From contig JBJXGH010000037.1 of assembly GCA_046153685.1 (NCBI GenBank), positions 38,323-102,322 of the forward strand: a DNA stretch of 64,000 nucleotides, in the 5' to 3' direction. The DNA is from Alphaproteobacteria bacterium. Lineage in GTDB: Bacteria > Pseudomonadota > Alphaproteobacteria > CADEGL01. Shown here in pieces: positions 29,048 to 38,472 of the stretch. Positions within the stretch are counted from its first letter, which is position 1. Each line of letters begins with the position of its first letter. The notes beneath the pieces are model-generated. The model was not told where the DNA came from. It did no database searches and saw only the letters and a program-made list of their open reading frames with translations. The translations under genes were made by a program, and so were the position numbers.

Positions 29048-30232
29048 ATGGACCTGACGATCCCCGAGCATATCCTGGCCGCGCGCGACAGCGTGACGCG
29101 CCTGTTCGAAGGCGAAATCCTGCCCGCCATGCCCGGCTATGAGGAGCGGCGGGAATTCCCGCGCGCCCTCATCGCTCGCTTGGGCGAGGCGGGCGTGTTC
29201 GGCGCCGCTTTTCCCGAGGAGGTAGGCGGCACGGACATGGGTTTCCTCGCGGTCGCGCTCATCGCCGAGGAAATCTCGCGCCTCGCCCCCGAATGGGGCT
29301 ATGCGATGAACATGCAGGCGATGACCTGCCCGTTCACGATCTTCAATTGGGGCACGCCCGCGCAGGTGCGCCGCTTCGTGCCCGATCTCATCGCGGGCCG
29401 GAAAATCGGCATGTTCGCGCTGTCGGAGCCTGGCGGGGGCTCGGACGCCGCGGGTGCCATGAAGACCACGGCCAAGCGCGCGGGCGAGGTCTATCGGCTC
29501 AGCGGTTCGAAACAATGGATCACGTTCGCCGACCAATGCGATGCGGGCGTCTTGTTCGCCAAGACCGACCCCGCCGCCGGCCATCGCGGCATCACGGCTT
29601 TCATTGTCGAACCCAAGCGCGTACCTAGATTCACCGCCAAGCCCATCGTCATGGGGGGGCTTTCGCCGTGCTTTAATTCCTGCGCCGTGTTCCTCGACGA
29701 TTTCGCCGTGCCCGCCGAAAACCGCCTGGGCGAGGAGGGCGAGGGCTTCAAGGTCGCCATGAGCGCGCTCGATTATGGCCGGCTCACCGTGACCGCGCGT
29801 CTTCTCGGCATGGCGCAGGCCTGTCTCGACATGGCCAAGCGCTATGCGCGCGAACGCATCGTGCGCGGCCAGGAAATCGGCCGTTTCCAGATGGTGCAGC
29901 AGCTCATCGCCGACACGGTGGTCGAGGTCGAGGCCGCGCGTCTCATGCTGTACCGCCTCGCCTGGACGATGGACGCGGGCAGGCCCGCGACACGCGAGGC
30001 GGCGCAGGCGAAATTCTTCGCCTCCAAGGCGGCGAAGGGCGCGGCGGCGGCGGCGGCGGAAGTCCACGGCGCCTACGCGCTGACCGACGAATTCCCGATC
30101 AAGAAATTCGCCGCCTATGTCAACGTGCTGAACGTCGGCGAGGGCGCGCCGGCGGTGCAGCGCGTGCTCATCGCCGAGGATGCGCTGGGATACAAGGACG
30201 CCAATCGCCACCCGCCCCGAAGGCGTCGCTAG
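29048..30232 (+). CDS. Acyl-CoA dehydrogenase
   Basis: FPEEVGG, FALSEP-GGSD, GSKQWIT, LG-EG-GF, LD-GRL, FQMVQ, HGAY, GEG. Confidence 0.93.
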   Translation: MDLTIPEHILAARDSVTRLFEGEILPAMPGYEERREFPRALIARLGEAGVFGAAFPEEVGGTDMGFLAVALIAEEISRLAPEWGYAMNMQAMTCPFTIFNWGTPAQVRRFVPDLIAGRKIGMFALSEPGGGSDAAGAMKTTAKRAGEVYRLSGSKQWITFADQCDAGVLFAKTDPAAGHRGITAFIVEPKRVPRFTAKPIVMGGLSPCFNSCAVFLDDFAVPAENRLGEEGEGFKVAMSALDYGRLTVTARLLGMAQACLDMAKRYARERIVRGQEIGRFQMVQQLIADTVVEVEAARLMLYRLAWTMDAGRPATREAAQAKFFASKAAKGAAAAAAEVHGAYALTDEFPIKKFAAYVNVLNVGEGAPAVQRVLIAEDALGYKDANRHPPRRRR

Positions 30233-30255
30233 GCGCGCCATTCGGCGGCGCGCGC

Positions 30256-30510
30256 CTAGGGTTTGGGTTTGTCTTTCGCGCGCCGGGCGGCGAGCGCTCC
30301 GTCGATGAGATTTTTCCCCGCGTAGAGCACCAGCGCGATCAAGATCACGCCGGCGATATCGAGGCCCCAATGTCCCGAATCGACCTCGATGGGGCCGATC
30401 TTCGCGCTCGTCGGCACCTCGCGCCACCCGTCCGTCTCGACGCCGAGCATCCGGCGCCACAGATCGCGCAGGTGCTCGACCCGCGACCAGAGCGATCCAA
30501 GAATGTCCAT
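30256..30510 (-). CDS. Small single-TM hypothetical protein
   Basis: ATG immediately after the DUF1428 stop; one hydrophobic helix and a basic tail. Confidence 0.6.
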   Translation of the reverse strand: MDILGSLWSRVEHLRDLWRRMLGVETDGWREVPTSAKIGPIEVDSGHWGLDIAGVILIALVLYAGKNLIDGALAARRAKDKPKP

Positions 30511-30511
30511 G

Positions 30512-30880
30512 CTAGCGCGCGTGCTTGATCGCGGTGGTGAAGCCGCCCCAGTACATACGCTTGGCGTCGAAGGGCATTGCACCCGGCTTCATGAACTTGG
30601 CCAAGCGCGGGTCCGCCATCACCTTGGCCAGCACCCTGTCGCGATCCTTGCGCGAGCGATAGATCGCCCAGGACAGCCAGACGACCTCGTCCTTCTTGAG
30701 CTTGACGCTGCGCGGGAAGGATGTGCGCTTGCCCCAGCTCACGTCGTCGGCGATGCACTCACGGTAGGCAAGCGCGCCGTGGTCCATCCACACCTTTGCC
30801 GCGAGTGCTGCTTGGCGCTTGTAGCGCGCGACGTTTTTCTTCGGCACCGGCACGACGAAGCCGTCCACGTACTCGGCCAT
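30512..30880 (-). CDS. DUF1428 (YbaA) family protein
   Basis: YVDGFVVPVP, DDV-WGK-TSFPR-V, MPFD-KRM-WGGF. Confidence 0.93.
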   Translation of the reverse strand: MAEYVDGFVVPVPKKNVARYKRQAALAAKVWMDHGALAYRECIADDVSWGKRTSFPRSVKLKKDEVVWLSWAIYRSRKDRDRVLAKVMADPRLAKFMKPGAMPFDAKRMYWGGFTTAIKHAR

Positions 30881-30926
30881 CGCTCTCTCCCTCGGGTTTT
30901 CGGGCGCCGCCCGCGCTCGGCGCCGC

Positions 30927-31847
30927 CTATTTCGCGGCCTTGGTTTCGAGCCGCGGCAAATTGGGGCGCGTGGCGAGGGCGTGCTCGAATGCGGCCACGG
31001 CGTCCGCCCGGTCCTTGCCGTCGAGTTGCAAGCGCGGCAGGCGCAATTTTTCCGAACCATACCCCGCGAGGGCGGTGAACAGCTTCATGTAGTGCACAAA
31101 GCGTGGATCGTTGTCATAGCGCACGATGGGCGCGAGCCAGGCATTGATCGCCATGGCCTCGCCGTAGCGCCCGGCGCACGCCAAATCGAACAACGCGATG
31201 GTTTCCGCGGGGAAGGCGTTGACCACGCCCGCGACGAAGCCGCGCGCGCCGCCGAGCACGCTTTCGACCGCGATATCGTCCATGCCGGCGAAGATGGTGA
31301 AACGGTCGCCGCACAGCGTCTTGATCTGCTGGATGCGGCGGATATCGGTCGAGCTTTCCTTGAGCGCGACGATGTTCGCCTCGTCGGCGAGATCGCGGAA
31401 CATGGCGGGTGTGACATCGCCGCCATACGCCGGCGGGTTGTTGTAAATCATGATGTTCTTTTTGGTCGCGCGCGCGACCGTTTGGAAGTGGCGCATGACC
31501 TCGTTCGGCGAGAGCTTGTACACGAGGGTGGGAAGGACCATGAAGCCGTCCACGCCCTCGCGCTCGCACGCCGCCATGTACTTCAAGCAAAACCGCGTCG
31601 TGGTCTCGGCGACGCCCGCGACCATGGGCACGCGGCCCGCGGTCGCGCGCACCGCGAGCTTGACGATTTCGAGTTTTTCGTCGGCGTCGAGCGCGTAGTT
31701 CTCACCGACGCTGCCGCACACCGTGAGGCCGCCGATGCCGGCCTTGATGAGGGCGTCGATGTGGCGCTCCATCGCGGCGATGTCGAGTCGCTCGTCGTCT
31801 TTGAACTGGGTCGTGAAGGCGGGAAATACACGGGTCCACTTCGCCAT
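30927..31847 (-). CDS. DapA-family lyase, closest in motif pattern to pyrroline-4-hydroxy-2-carboxylate deaminase (LhpC/HypD)
   Basis: VFPAFTTQF, GSVGEN, GVAE-TT, IYNNPP-Y, LKESS-D-RR. Confidence 0.85.
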   Translation of the reverse strand: MAKWTRVFPAFTTQFKDDERLDIAAMERHIDALIKAGIGGLTVCGSVGENYALDADEKLEIVKLAVRATAGRVPMVAGVAETTTRFCLKYMAACEREGVDGFMVLPTLVYKLSPNEVMRHFQTVARATKKNIMIYNNPPAYGGDVTPAMFRDLADEANIVALKESSTDIRRIQQIKTLCGDRFTIFAGMDDIAVESVLGGARGFVAGVVNAFPAETIALFDLACAGRYGEAMAINAWLAPIVRYDNDPRFVHYMKLFTALAGYGSEKLRLPRLQLDGKDRADAVAAFEHALATRPNLPRLETKAAK

Positions 31848-32026
31848 GCGGCTCTCCCTTCGAAACGGAGCGTTCTTGATATGGGGCTTCTGATCCGGCC
31901 ATCGCGCGTTGCCCTGAAAGCCTACCATGGGATATTGGGGTGCGATATGCGCCGGCGTGCCGCCGTGGCGCGGAGCGGTCGCGCTGGCTAAGCTCCTGGT
32001 CGATACGACACGCCCGAGGATCGCGC

Positions 32027-34111
32027 ATGCCCAATCTCGACAAATTGTTCAAACCCGCCTCGGTGGCCTTCATCGGCGTCTCGGCCGACCGCCCGCTTGT
32101 CGCCTCGCGCACCTATCGCAATATGAAACGCCTCGGCTATCCGGGCCGCCTCTACCCCGTCCATCCCCGCGCGGAAAGCTTCGAGGGCGACACATGCTAC
32201 CCCTCGCTTTCGGCCTTGCCCGAGGTGCCGGACCTGGCATTCATCGCCGTGGGTGCCGCGCGCACGGAGGAGCTGCTCCTCGAATGCGCCCGCCTCGGCA
32301 TCCCCGCCGTCGAGATCGGCGCCGCCGGTTACGCCGAGGCGGGGGCGGAGGGACTCGCGCGCGAAGCGCGTCTCAAGGCCATCGCGTCGGAGGCGGACAT
32401 CGCGCTGTGCGGCCCGAACAATATGGGATTCATCAACGCGCTCGACGACGTGGTCGCCTGGCCGCCCGCGTCCACTGTCCGGCCCGAAAAGGGCGGGATC
32501 GCCGTCGTCACGCAAAGCGGCTCGATCGGCATCTTGCTCTCGCAGGACGAACGCAAGCTGGGCCTCGCCTATCTCGTGACCGCAGGCAACGAAACCGGCC
32601 TGACCGCCGCCGATTACCTCGCCTATTTCATCGAGGATCCGCGCGTTTCGGTCGTTCTCCTGTTCCTTGAAGCCTTGCGCGCGCCCGAACGCTTCGCGCG
32701 CGCGGCGGAACGCGCCCGCGAACTGGGCAAGCCCGTGGTCGTGCTCAAGGTCGGGCGCAGCGCGGACGGCGCGCGCGCCGTCGCCGCGCACACCGGCGCG
32801 ATCGCCGGCGACGCGGCGCTCTACGACGCCTTCTTCGACGCCCACGGCATCATGGTCGCGCACGAACTCGACGCCATGCAGGAATTGGCGGTCTTGCTGT
32901 CGTCCTATCCCGAGCCGCCCAAGAACCCGCATGTCATTCCGATCACGCTCTCGGGCGGCGAGGCGGCGTTGCTCGCCGATTTGGCGGGCCATCACGGGGT
33001 GAGCCTTGCGCCCTTGCCGCCCGCGCTCGCCGCTGCCTTGCAGCCGCACATCCCCGATTTCCAACGCCCCCGAAATCCCCTAGATGCCTTCGGCCTCGGC
33101 TGGGACGAGGCGCGCGTCGAGGCGATCCTTGCAACGCTCGCTTCCGACCCCACTTACGGCACCATCGCGATCGCGTTCGATGCGCCGGCCACGGGCGCGG
33201 CCGACGGCCCCTATGCCAAGGCAGTGGCCGCGATGTGCGGCCGGCTCAAGGACAAGACCGACGCCAAGTTCGTTTTCTTCAACAACATGGCTGCGGGCGG
33301 GCGGAGCGAGGACATGCGCCTGACCCTCGACCGGCTTGGCATTCCGTTCCTCTCCGGCATGGGTCACGCCTTCGCTGCCATCGGTGCTTGGGCGGCGCGT
33401 GCGCGTCCGCGCGCGCCGTCGCCGTCGCCGCGCAAATTGGCGGCCATTCTTCGCCGCGCGGCCGAGGGTGCCGCGAGTCTGGGGGAGCCCGAGCGCTTTG
33501 AAATGTTGCGCGCGGCGGATGTGCCCATGATCGCTTGCGTGGCGGTCGCCAGCGCCGGGGAAGCCGTGGCCGCGCAACGGCGCTTTGGCGCCAAGGTGGC
33601 GATGAAGGCGACGGCGCCGCACATCCTGCACAAGACCGAGCTGGGTCTGGTGCGCCTCGGGCTCGACGGCGCGGCCTCGGTAAAGGCGGCCTTCGCCGAA
33701 CTCTCGGGCAAGGTCGCGGGCACGACCGTGTTCATGCAGCCCATGGCGGGGCCGGGGGTCGAGCTCATTCTCGGCGCGCGCACCGAGCCAGGTTTCGGCT
33801 CCGTCATCGTCGTCGGCTTGGGCGGCACCTATGTCGAGGTCTTTCGCGCGGCGACGCTTCGCATGGCGCCCATCGGCATCGAGGAGGCATCCGAGATTCT
33901 CCAGGCCGGCCCCGTGGGGAAAATTCTGGCGGGGACGCGCGGGCGCGGGCCCTATGATGTGGATGCGGCGGCGAAGGCCGTCGCCGCGTTTTCTCAATTC
34001 GCGGCGGCGACGGCTGATCTGTTTGCCGCCATCGAGATAAACCCGCTGATCGTCCTGGCTCAGGGCCAAGGCGTGGTCGGCGTTGACGTTGTGTTCGAGG
34101 CGCGGGGTTGA
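32027..34111 (+). CDS. ADP-forming acyl-CoA synthetase (acetate-CoA ligase family)
   Basis: P-SVA-IG-S, GPNNMG, TQSG, AHTGA phospho-His motif, NPLD, HKTE-G-V, EINPL. Confidence 0.9.
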   Translation: MPNLDKLFKPASVAFIGVSADRPLVASRTYRNMKRLGYPGRLYPVHPRAESFEGDTCYPSLSALPEVPDLAFIAVGAARTEELLLECARLGIPAVEIGAAGYAEAGAEGLAREARLKAIASEADIALCGPNNMGFINALDDVVAWPPASTVRPEKGGIAVVTQSGSIGILLSQDERKLGLAYLVTAGNETGLTAADYLAYFIEDPRVSVVLLFLEALRAPERFARAAERARELGKPVVVLKVGRSADGARAVAAHTGAIAGDAALYDAFFDAHGIMVAHELDAMQELAVLLSSYPEPPKNPHVIPITLSGGEAALLADLAGHHGVSLAPLPPALAAALQPHIPDFQRPRNPLDAFGLGWDEARVEAILATLASDPTYGTIAIAFDAPATGAADGPYAKAVAAMCGRLKDKTDAKFVFFNNMAAGGRSEDMRLTLDRLGIPFLSGMGHAFAAIGAWAARARPRAPSPSPRKLAAILRRAAEGAASLGEPERFEMLRAADVPMIACVAVASAGEAVAAQRRFGAKVAMKATAPHILHKTELGLVRLGLDGAASVKAAFAELSGKVAGTTVFMQPMAGPGVELILGARTEPGFGSVIVVGLGGTYVEVFRAATLRMAPIGIEEASEILQAGPVGKILAGTRGRGPYDVDAAAKAVAAFSQFAAATADLFAAIEINPLIVLAQGQGVVGVDVVFEARG

Positions 34112-34169
34112 ATTTCTTCAATCGCATGGATCAATCATAGTACCCAATAGCAAATCGAGGGAGGACGAC

Positions 34170-34991
34170 ATGGCTTACGAACATATCCTGTACGTGGTCG
34201 AGGACCGGGTAGCGACCATCACGATGAATCGCCCGACCAAGATGAACGCCATGAGCCTCGATCTGTGCGCCGAGGTGAAGGCGGCCGTCGCCGCCGCCGA
34301 TGCCGATCCCGAGGTGCGCGTGGTCATCCTCACGGGCGCGGGCGGAAAGGCGTTCTCGGCCGGCTTTGATCTCGCAGATCCCAAGGCCAAATCCTACCGC
34401 GACCGGGGGATCGAGGGCTGGCATTGGCGGATGAATCACGATCTCGACTACAACTATTCGGTTTGGCGCTGCTCGAAGCCCGTGATCGCCGCAATCGACG
34501 GCTTTTGTCTTGCGGGCGCACTCGAACTCGCCCAGATGTGCGATGTGCGCTATTGCTCGGACGACGCGCGCTTCGGCGTGGTCGAAACGCGCTTCTCCGC
34601 CGCCATCGCCTGCCTGTCCATGCCCTGGGTCATCGGCGCGCGCGCGAGAGAGCTGATCTATACGGGCGATGTCTTCGGCGCCGACGAGGCCTTGCGCTTG
34701 GGCCTCGTCAGCCGGGTGTTCAAGAAGGCCGAGATCCACGCCGAGACCATGAAGATCGCCAAGCGCATGAGCCGCGTGGCGCTCGCCTGCCTGCAATGGA
34801 ACAAGCGCGCGTTGAACCAAACCCAGGTGGCGCAGGGCATGGCGTCGGCGCTGCAATACGGCGCCGAGGCCGGCGCCATCCTCGATGCGACCGAGACGCC
34901 CGAGCTCAAGGAGTTCAACCGCTTGCGCAACACCGTGTCCCTGGCCGCCGCCATGAAGTGGCGCGACGACCAGTTCAAGCAATTCGAATAG
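34170..34991 (+). CDS. Enoyl-CoA hydratase/isomerase family protein
   Basis: NRP-KMNA, AFSAGFDL, KPVIAAIDG, GALEL, G-VE, EALRLGLV; GGGAGG RBS. Confidence 0.92.
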   Translation: MAYEHILYVVEDRVATITMNRPTKMNAMSLDLCAEVKAAVAAADADPEVRVVILTGAGGKAFSAGFDLADPKAKSYRDRGIEGWHWRMNHDLDYNYSVWRCSKPVIAAIDGFCLAGALELAQMCDVRYCSDDARFGVVETRFSAAIACLSMPWVIGARARELIYTGDVFGADEALRLGLVSRVFKKAEIHAETMKIAKRMSRVALACLQWNKRALNQTQVAQGMASALQYGAEAGAILDATETPELKEFNRLRNTVSLAAAMKWRDDQFKQFE

Positions 34992-35096
34992 GAAATTTCG
35001 TCTAAGTCGGGGATTGCGCGCCGCCGCCCGCGATGCGGCTGGCGGCGCGCGGTATCAGGCTTACGGGCGCGCGCGAAATCGGCTAAGACAAGCGTC

Positions 35097-35918
35097 ATGG
35101 ACGGGCCCTTTCTTTCGCTCGAAAACCTGGCCGCCGAGGTGCCGGACGGCGCCATGCTTGCCGTGCCGCCCGATTATTCCGGCGTGGCCATGGCGGCGAC
35201 GCGGGCGCTCATCCGCCGGGGCGTGAAGAACCTCCATCTTCTGGCCGTGCCGACGAGCGGTATCCAGGCCGAATTGCTGATCGGCATCGGTGCCGTCTCG
35301 ACGCTCGAGGCTGCGGCGGTGACGATGGGCGAGCTTGGCCCCGCGCCGCGTTTCACCGCCTTGGTCAAATCCGGCGCCTTCGTACTCAAGGATTCGACCT
35401 GCCCCGCCATACACGCAGCGCTCCAGGCGGCCGAAAAGGGCCTGCCCTTCATGCCGCTGCGCGGCCTCATCGGCTCGGACATCCTGGCCTTCCGCCCCGA
35501 TTGGCGGATCGCGGAGAATCCTTTCGGCGACAACGATCCCGTGGTGCTGTTGCCGGCGCTCCAGCCCGATATCGCCCTGTTTCACGCGCCGCTGGCGGAT
35601 CGGGCGGGCAATGTCTGGATCGGCAGGCGGCGCGAGCTCATGGTCATGGCCCATGCGGCGCGCCGCACGCTTGTCACGGTCGAGGAAATCTACGACGGCG
35701 ATTTGCTCGCCGACGAGCGCATGGTGTCGGGCACCATCCCGTCGCTCTATATCGGCGCCGTCGCCGAGGCGCAGCGCGGCGCCTGGCCCATCGGTCTCGA
35801 AGGTCGGTACGAGGCGGATGGAGAACATCTGGCGCTGTATGCGCGCGCGGCGCGTACGGAAGATGGTTTCCGGCGCTATCTGGCCGAGCACGTTCTCGTC
35901 GAACGCCGGGCGGCGTGA
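35097..35918 (+). CDS. CoA-transferase family I subunit A (GctA-like)
   Basis: ALIRRG-KNL, GLPFMPLRG--GSD, PAL-PD-A-H---AD--GN, VTVEEI. Confidence 0.85.
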   Translation: MDGPFLSLENLAAEVPDGAMLAVPPDYSGVAMAATRALIRRGVKNLHLLAVPTSGIQAELLIGIGAVSTLEAAAVTMGELGPAPRFTALVKSGAFVLKDSTCPAIHAALQAAEKGLPFMPLRGLIGSDILAFRPDWRIAENPFGDNDPVVLLPALQPDIALFHAPLADRAGNVWIGRRRELMVMAHAARRTLVTVEEIYDGDLLADERMVSGTIPSLYIGAVAEAQRGAWPIGLEGRYEADGEHLALYARAARTEDGFRRYLAEHVLVERRAA

Positions 35919-35919
35919 G

Positions 35920-36651
35920 GTGCCGGAGTTTTCGCACACCGAGCTTCTGATCGGCGCGGTTGCGCGCATGCTTGACGGTTTGCGCCATGTCGCGGTCGGC
36001 GCGTCCTCGCCCATCCAGGGGGCGGCCGCCTTGCTCGCGCGCGCATTGTCGGGCGGGCGGATGCGCGTCTCCGTGCTCGGCAGCCGGACGAACAATTTCT
36101 TCACCGATGGCGGGCGTGAATTGTTCGACTGCGCCGCGCAAGGGCGCATCGACGCCTTTTTCCTTGGCGGCGGGCAAATCGACGGCCAGGGCAATATCAA
36201 TCTTGTCGGTATCGGCCCCTATCCCAAGCTTGACGTGCGTTGGCCGGGTTCGTTCGGCTCGGCCTATCTCTATTTTCTCGTGCCGCGCGTTATCTTGTTC
36301 CGCGAGGAACACAGCGTGCGCACTCTCGTGCCCAAGGTCGATTTCATCAGCGCGCCCGGAACCTCGGCGCCGAACATCCACCGCCCCGGTGGGCCCTACG
36401 CGCTTCTCACCGGCAAGGCTCTATTCTTGTTCGATCGCGCGCTTCGGCGTTTTCGCCTCGAAAGCGTCCATCCCTTCTCCTCGGTCGAGGACGTGGCGGC
36501 GAACACCGGGTTCGAGTACGACCGCGCGCCCGTTATCGGTCCAACGCCGGGGCCGCCCGTGGAGTGGCTCGCATTGTTGCGCGGGCGCGTGCGCGATGAG
36601 ATCGCCGAGACCTATCCCCAATTCGCCGCCACCGCGTTGTCGGCACCCTAG
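35920..36651 (+). CDS. CoA-transferase family I subunit B (GctB-like)
   Basis: FLGGGQID--GNIN, PGS-G, V-KVDFIS, L-SVHP, NTGF; GTG start at 35920. Confidence 0.85.
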   Translation: MPEFSHTELLIGAVARMLDGLRHVAVGASSPIQGAAALLARALSGGRMRVSVLGSRTNNFFTDGGRELFDCAAQGRIDAFFLGGGQIDGQGNINLVGIGPYPKLDVRWPGSFGSAYLYFLVPRVILFREEHSVRTLVPKVDFISAPGTSAPNIHRPGGPYALLTGKALFLFDRALRRFRLESVHPFSSVEDVAANTGFEYDRAPVIGPTPGPPVEWLALLRGRVRDEIAETYPQFAATALSAP

Positions 36652-36667
36652 CGACGGAGCCCAAGAC

Positions 36668-37870
36668 ATGACCGCACACCAAGGGGCCCTTTCGGGCCTG
36701 CGCGTCGTCGATATCTCGCGTGTGCTCGGCGGGCCGTACTGCGCCCAGATCCTCGCCGATCACGGCGCCGAGGTGATCAAGGTCGAGCCGCCCCAGGGCG
36801 ACGACACCCGCGAATGGGGCCCGCCGTTCCAGGAGGGCTTGAGCTCGTATTTTGCCGGGCTCAACCGCAACAAGCGCTCGATCGCCCTCGATCTCGCCTC
36901 GCCGAAAGGGCGCGAGGTGCTTCACCGCTTGCTCGAAGGCGCCGATGTGCTGGTCGAGAATTTCAAGACCGGCACCATGGAGCGCTGGGGCATCGGCTAC
37001 GAGTCCCTGTCCAAGCGTTATCCCAAACTCATCCATTGCCGCGTCACGGGCTTCGGCGCCGATGGACCGTTTGGCGGCTTTCCCGGCTACGACGCGGTGG
37101 CCCAGGCGTTGTCGGGCCTCATGAGCATCAACGGTACGCCGCAATCGGGGCCGGTGCGCGTGGGCATCCCGATCGTCGATCTGTGCGCGGGGATGAACGG
37201 CGCCATAGGCGTGCTCATGGCGCTGCAGGAACGTGCGCGCTCGGGCAAGGGCCAGTTTCTCGAAGTCTCGCTCTACGACACGGGCGTGGCCCTGCTGCAC
37301 CCCCACGCACAGAACTATTTCATGTCGGGTAAGACGCCCGCGCCGACAGGCGACTCCCATCCCAATCTCACGCCCTACGACCAATACAAGACCAAGACAC
37401 GCAACGTCTTCATCGGCGCGGGCAATGACCGGCAGTTCCGCATTCTGTGCGCCGCCATCGGCAAGAAGGAACTCGCCGAGGACGCGCGCTTTCGCACCAA
37501 TGGCGAGCGGCTGAAGAACCGCCTGGAACTCGACGACATTCTGCGCCCGGCCATGCTGGAGGTCGATGCCGAGGATCTGTGCAAGCGCCTGCTAGAAGCC
37601 GGCGTGCCCGCGGGTGCGGTGCAGCGCATGCCCGAGGTGGTCGCCCATCCCCATACCGTGCATCGCGAGATGGTGGTCGAGAAGGACGGGTTCCGTTTCA
37701 CTGGCATTCCGGTGAAGATGGGACGCACGCCGGGCGCCGTGTACTCGGCGCCGCCGCAATTTGCGGGGCAGGGGCGGGAAATCCTCAAGGAAGCAGGTTA
37801 CGACGATAAGGCCATCGACGAGCTTGTGTCCGATAAGGCCGTCGTCTTCGAGCGCACGAAGCTGCGCTAG
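36668..37870 (+). CDS. CaiB/BaiF family III CoA-transferase
   Basis: LSGLRVVD-SRVL-GP, GA-VIKVEPP-GD-TR, NRNKRS, DVLVENF, GYD--AQA-SG-M. Confidence 0.95.
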   Translation: MTAHQGALSGLRVVDISRVLGGPYCAQILADHGAEVIKVEPPQGDDTREWGPPFQEGLSSYFAGLNRNKRSIALDLASPKGREVLHRLLEGADVLVENFKTGTMERWGIGYESLSKRYPKLIHCRVTGFGADGPFGGFPGYDAVAQALSGLMSINGTPQSGPVRVGIPIVDLCAGMNGAIGVLMALQERARSGKGQFLEVSLYDTGVALLHPHAQNYFMSGKTPAPTGDSHPNLTPYDQYKTKTRNVFIGAGNDRQFRILCAAIGKKELAEDARFRTNGERLKNRLELDDILRPAMLEVDAEDLCKRLLEAGVPAGAVQRMPEVVAHPHTVHREMVVEKDGFRFTGIPVKMGRTPGAVYSAPPQFAGQGREILKEAGYDDKAIDELVSDKAVVFERTKLR

Positions 37871-37910
37871 GCCGTCGTCTTTATGCGCACGAATCTGCGC
37901 TGGGCCGTCG
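37836..37910 (+). repeat. 33-bp tandem duplication spanning the CaiB-family stop codon
   Basis: 37836..37868 vs 37869..37901, 29/33 identical, plus partial third copy GGGCCGTCG. Confidence 0.9.
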
Positions 37911-37982
37911 GCGTCCAGGACGCAAGCGCGCCCGGCGCATTCGCGGCCCTCGCGTGGATCGTGGGTGAAATCGAACGGCGCT

Positions 37983-38453
37983 CTAACCGTCCCGCCGACG
38001 CAAAAGGTCCACCGACAGCATCGACATCACCTCCTCGCCGCGCTGGTTTTCCGCGCGCACGCGACTTTTGACGACGCCGCAATTCGCCACCGAGCGCGAT
38101 GGGCGCGCCTCGACGATTTCCATGATGGCGGTCAAGGAGTCGCCTGGGCGCACCGGTCGTGACCAGCGCATGTCGTTGGCGCCGACGCCGCCCTCGAAAT
38201 AATCACCGAAGACGCGTGCCTCGTCGAACAGGCGAAAGATCACCGAGAAGGTGTGCATGCCGCTGGCGATCAAGCCGCCATAGATGGACTTCTTCGCCGC
38301 TTCGGCGTCGAGATGGAAACGCTGGCGGTCCCAATCCTTGGCGAACGCGATGATCGAGGCCTCGGTGAAGGGCTCGGACGGTCCGGCGCGCCAAATCCTG
38401 CCGGGCGTGAAATCCTCGAACGGGTGTCCGGCCAAGTGGGGCTCATTGTTCAT
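37983..38453 (-). CDS. MaoC family dehydratase
   Basis: FEDF-PG, IIAFA--WD-Q-FHLD, LIASG-HT, PVRPGD, NQRGE-V. Confidence 0.9.
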   Translation of the reverse strand: MNNEPHLAGHPFEDFTPGRIWRAGPSEPFTEASIIAFAKDWDRQRFHLDAEAAKKSIYGGLIASGMHTFSVIFRLFDEARVFGDYFEGGVGANDMRWSRPVRPGDSLTAIMEIVEARPSRSVANCGVVKSRVRAENQRGEEVMSMLSVDLLRRRDG

Positions 38454-38472
38454 TTCGTGGCCGTCGAGGCGG

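Noticed and set aside
27977-30460. Long antisense ORFs (827 aa here; also 48758..50524, 2140..3738, 56657..58183)
   Set aside because: Shadow frames opposite well-supported genes, expected at this GC content; no recognisable motifs
34108-34121. FNR box upstream of the enoyl-CoA hydratase gene (TTGAA-N4-TTCAA)
   Set aside because: Two mismatches to TTGAT-N4-ATCAA and it overlaps the upstream stop codon; too weak alone
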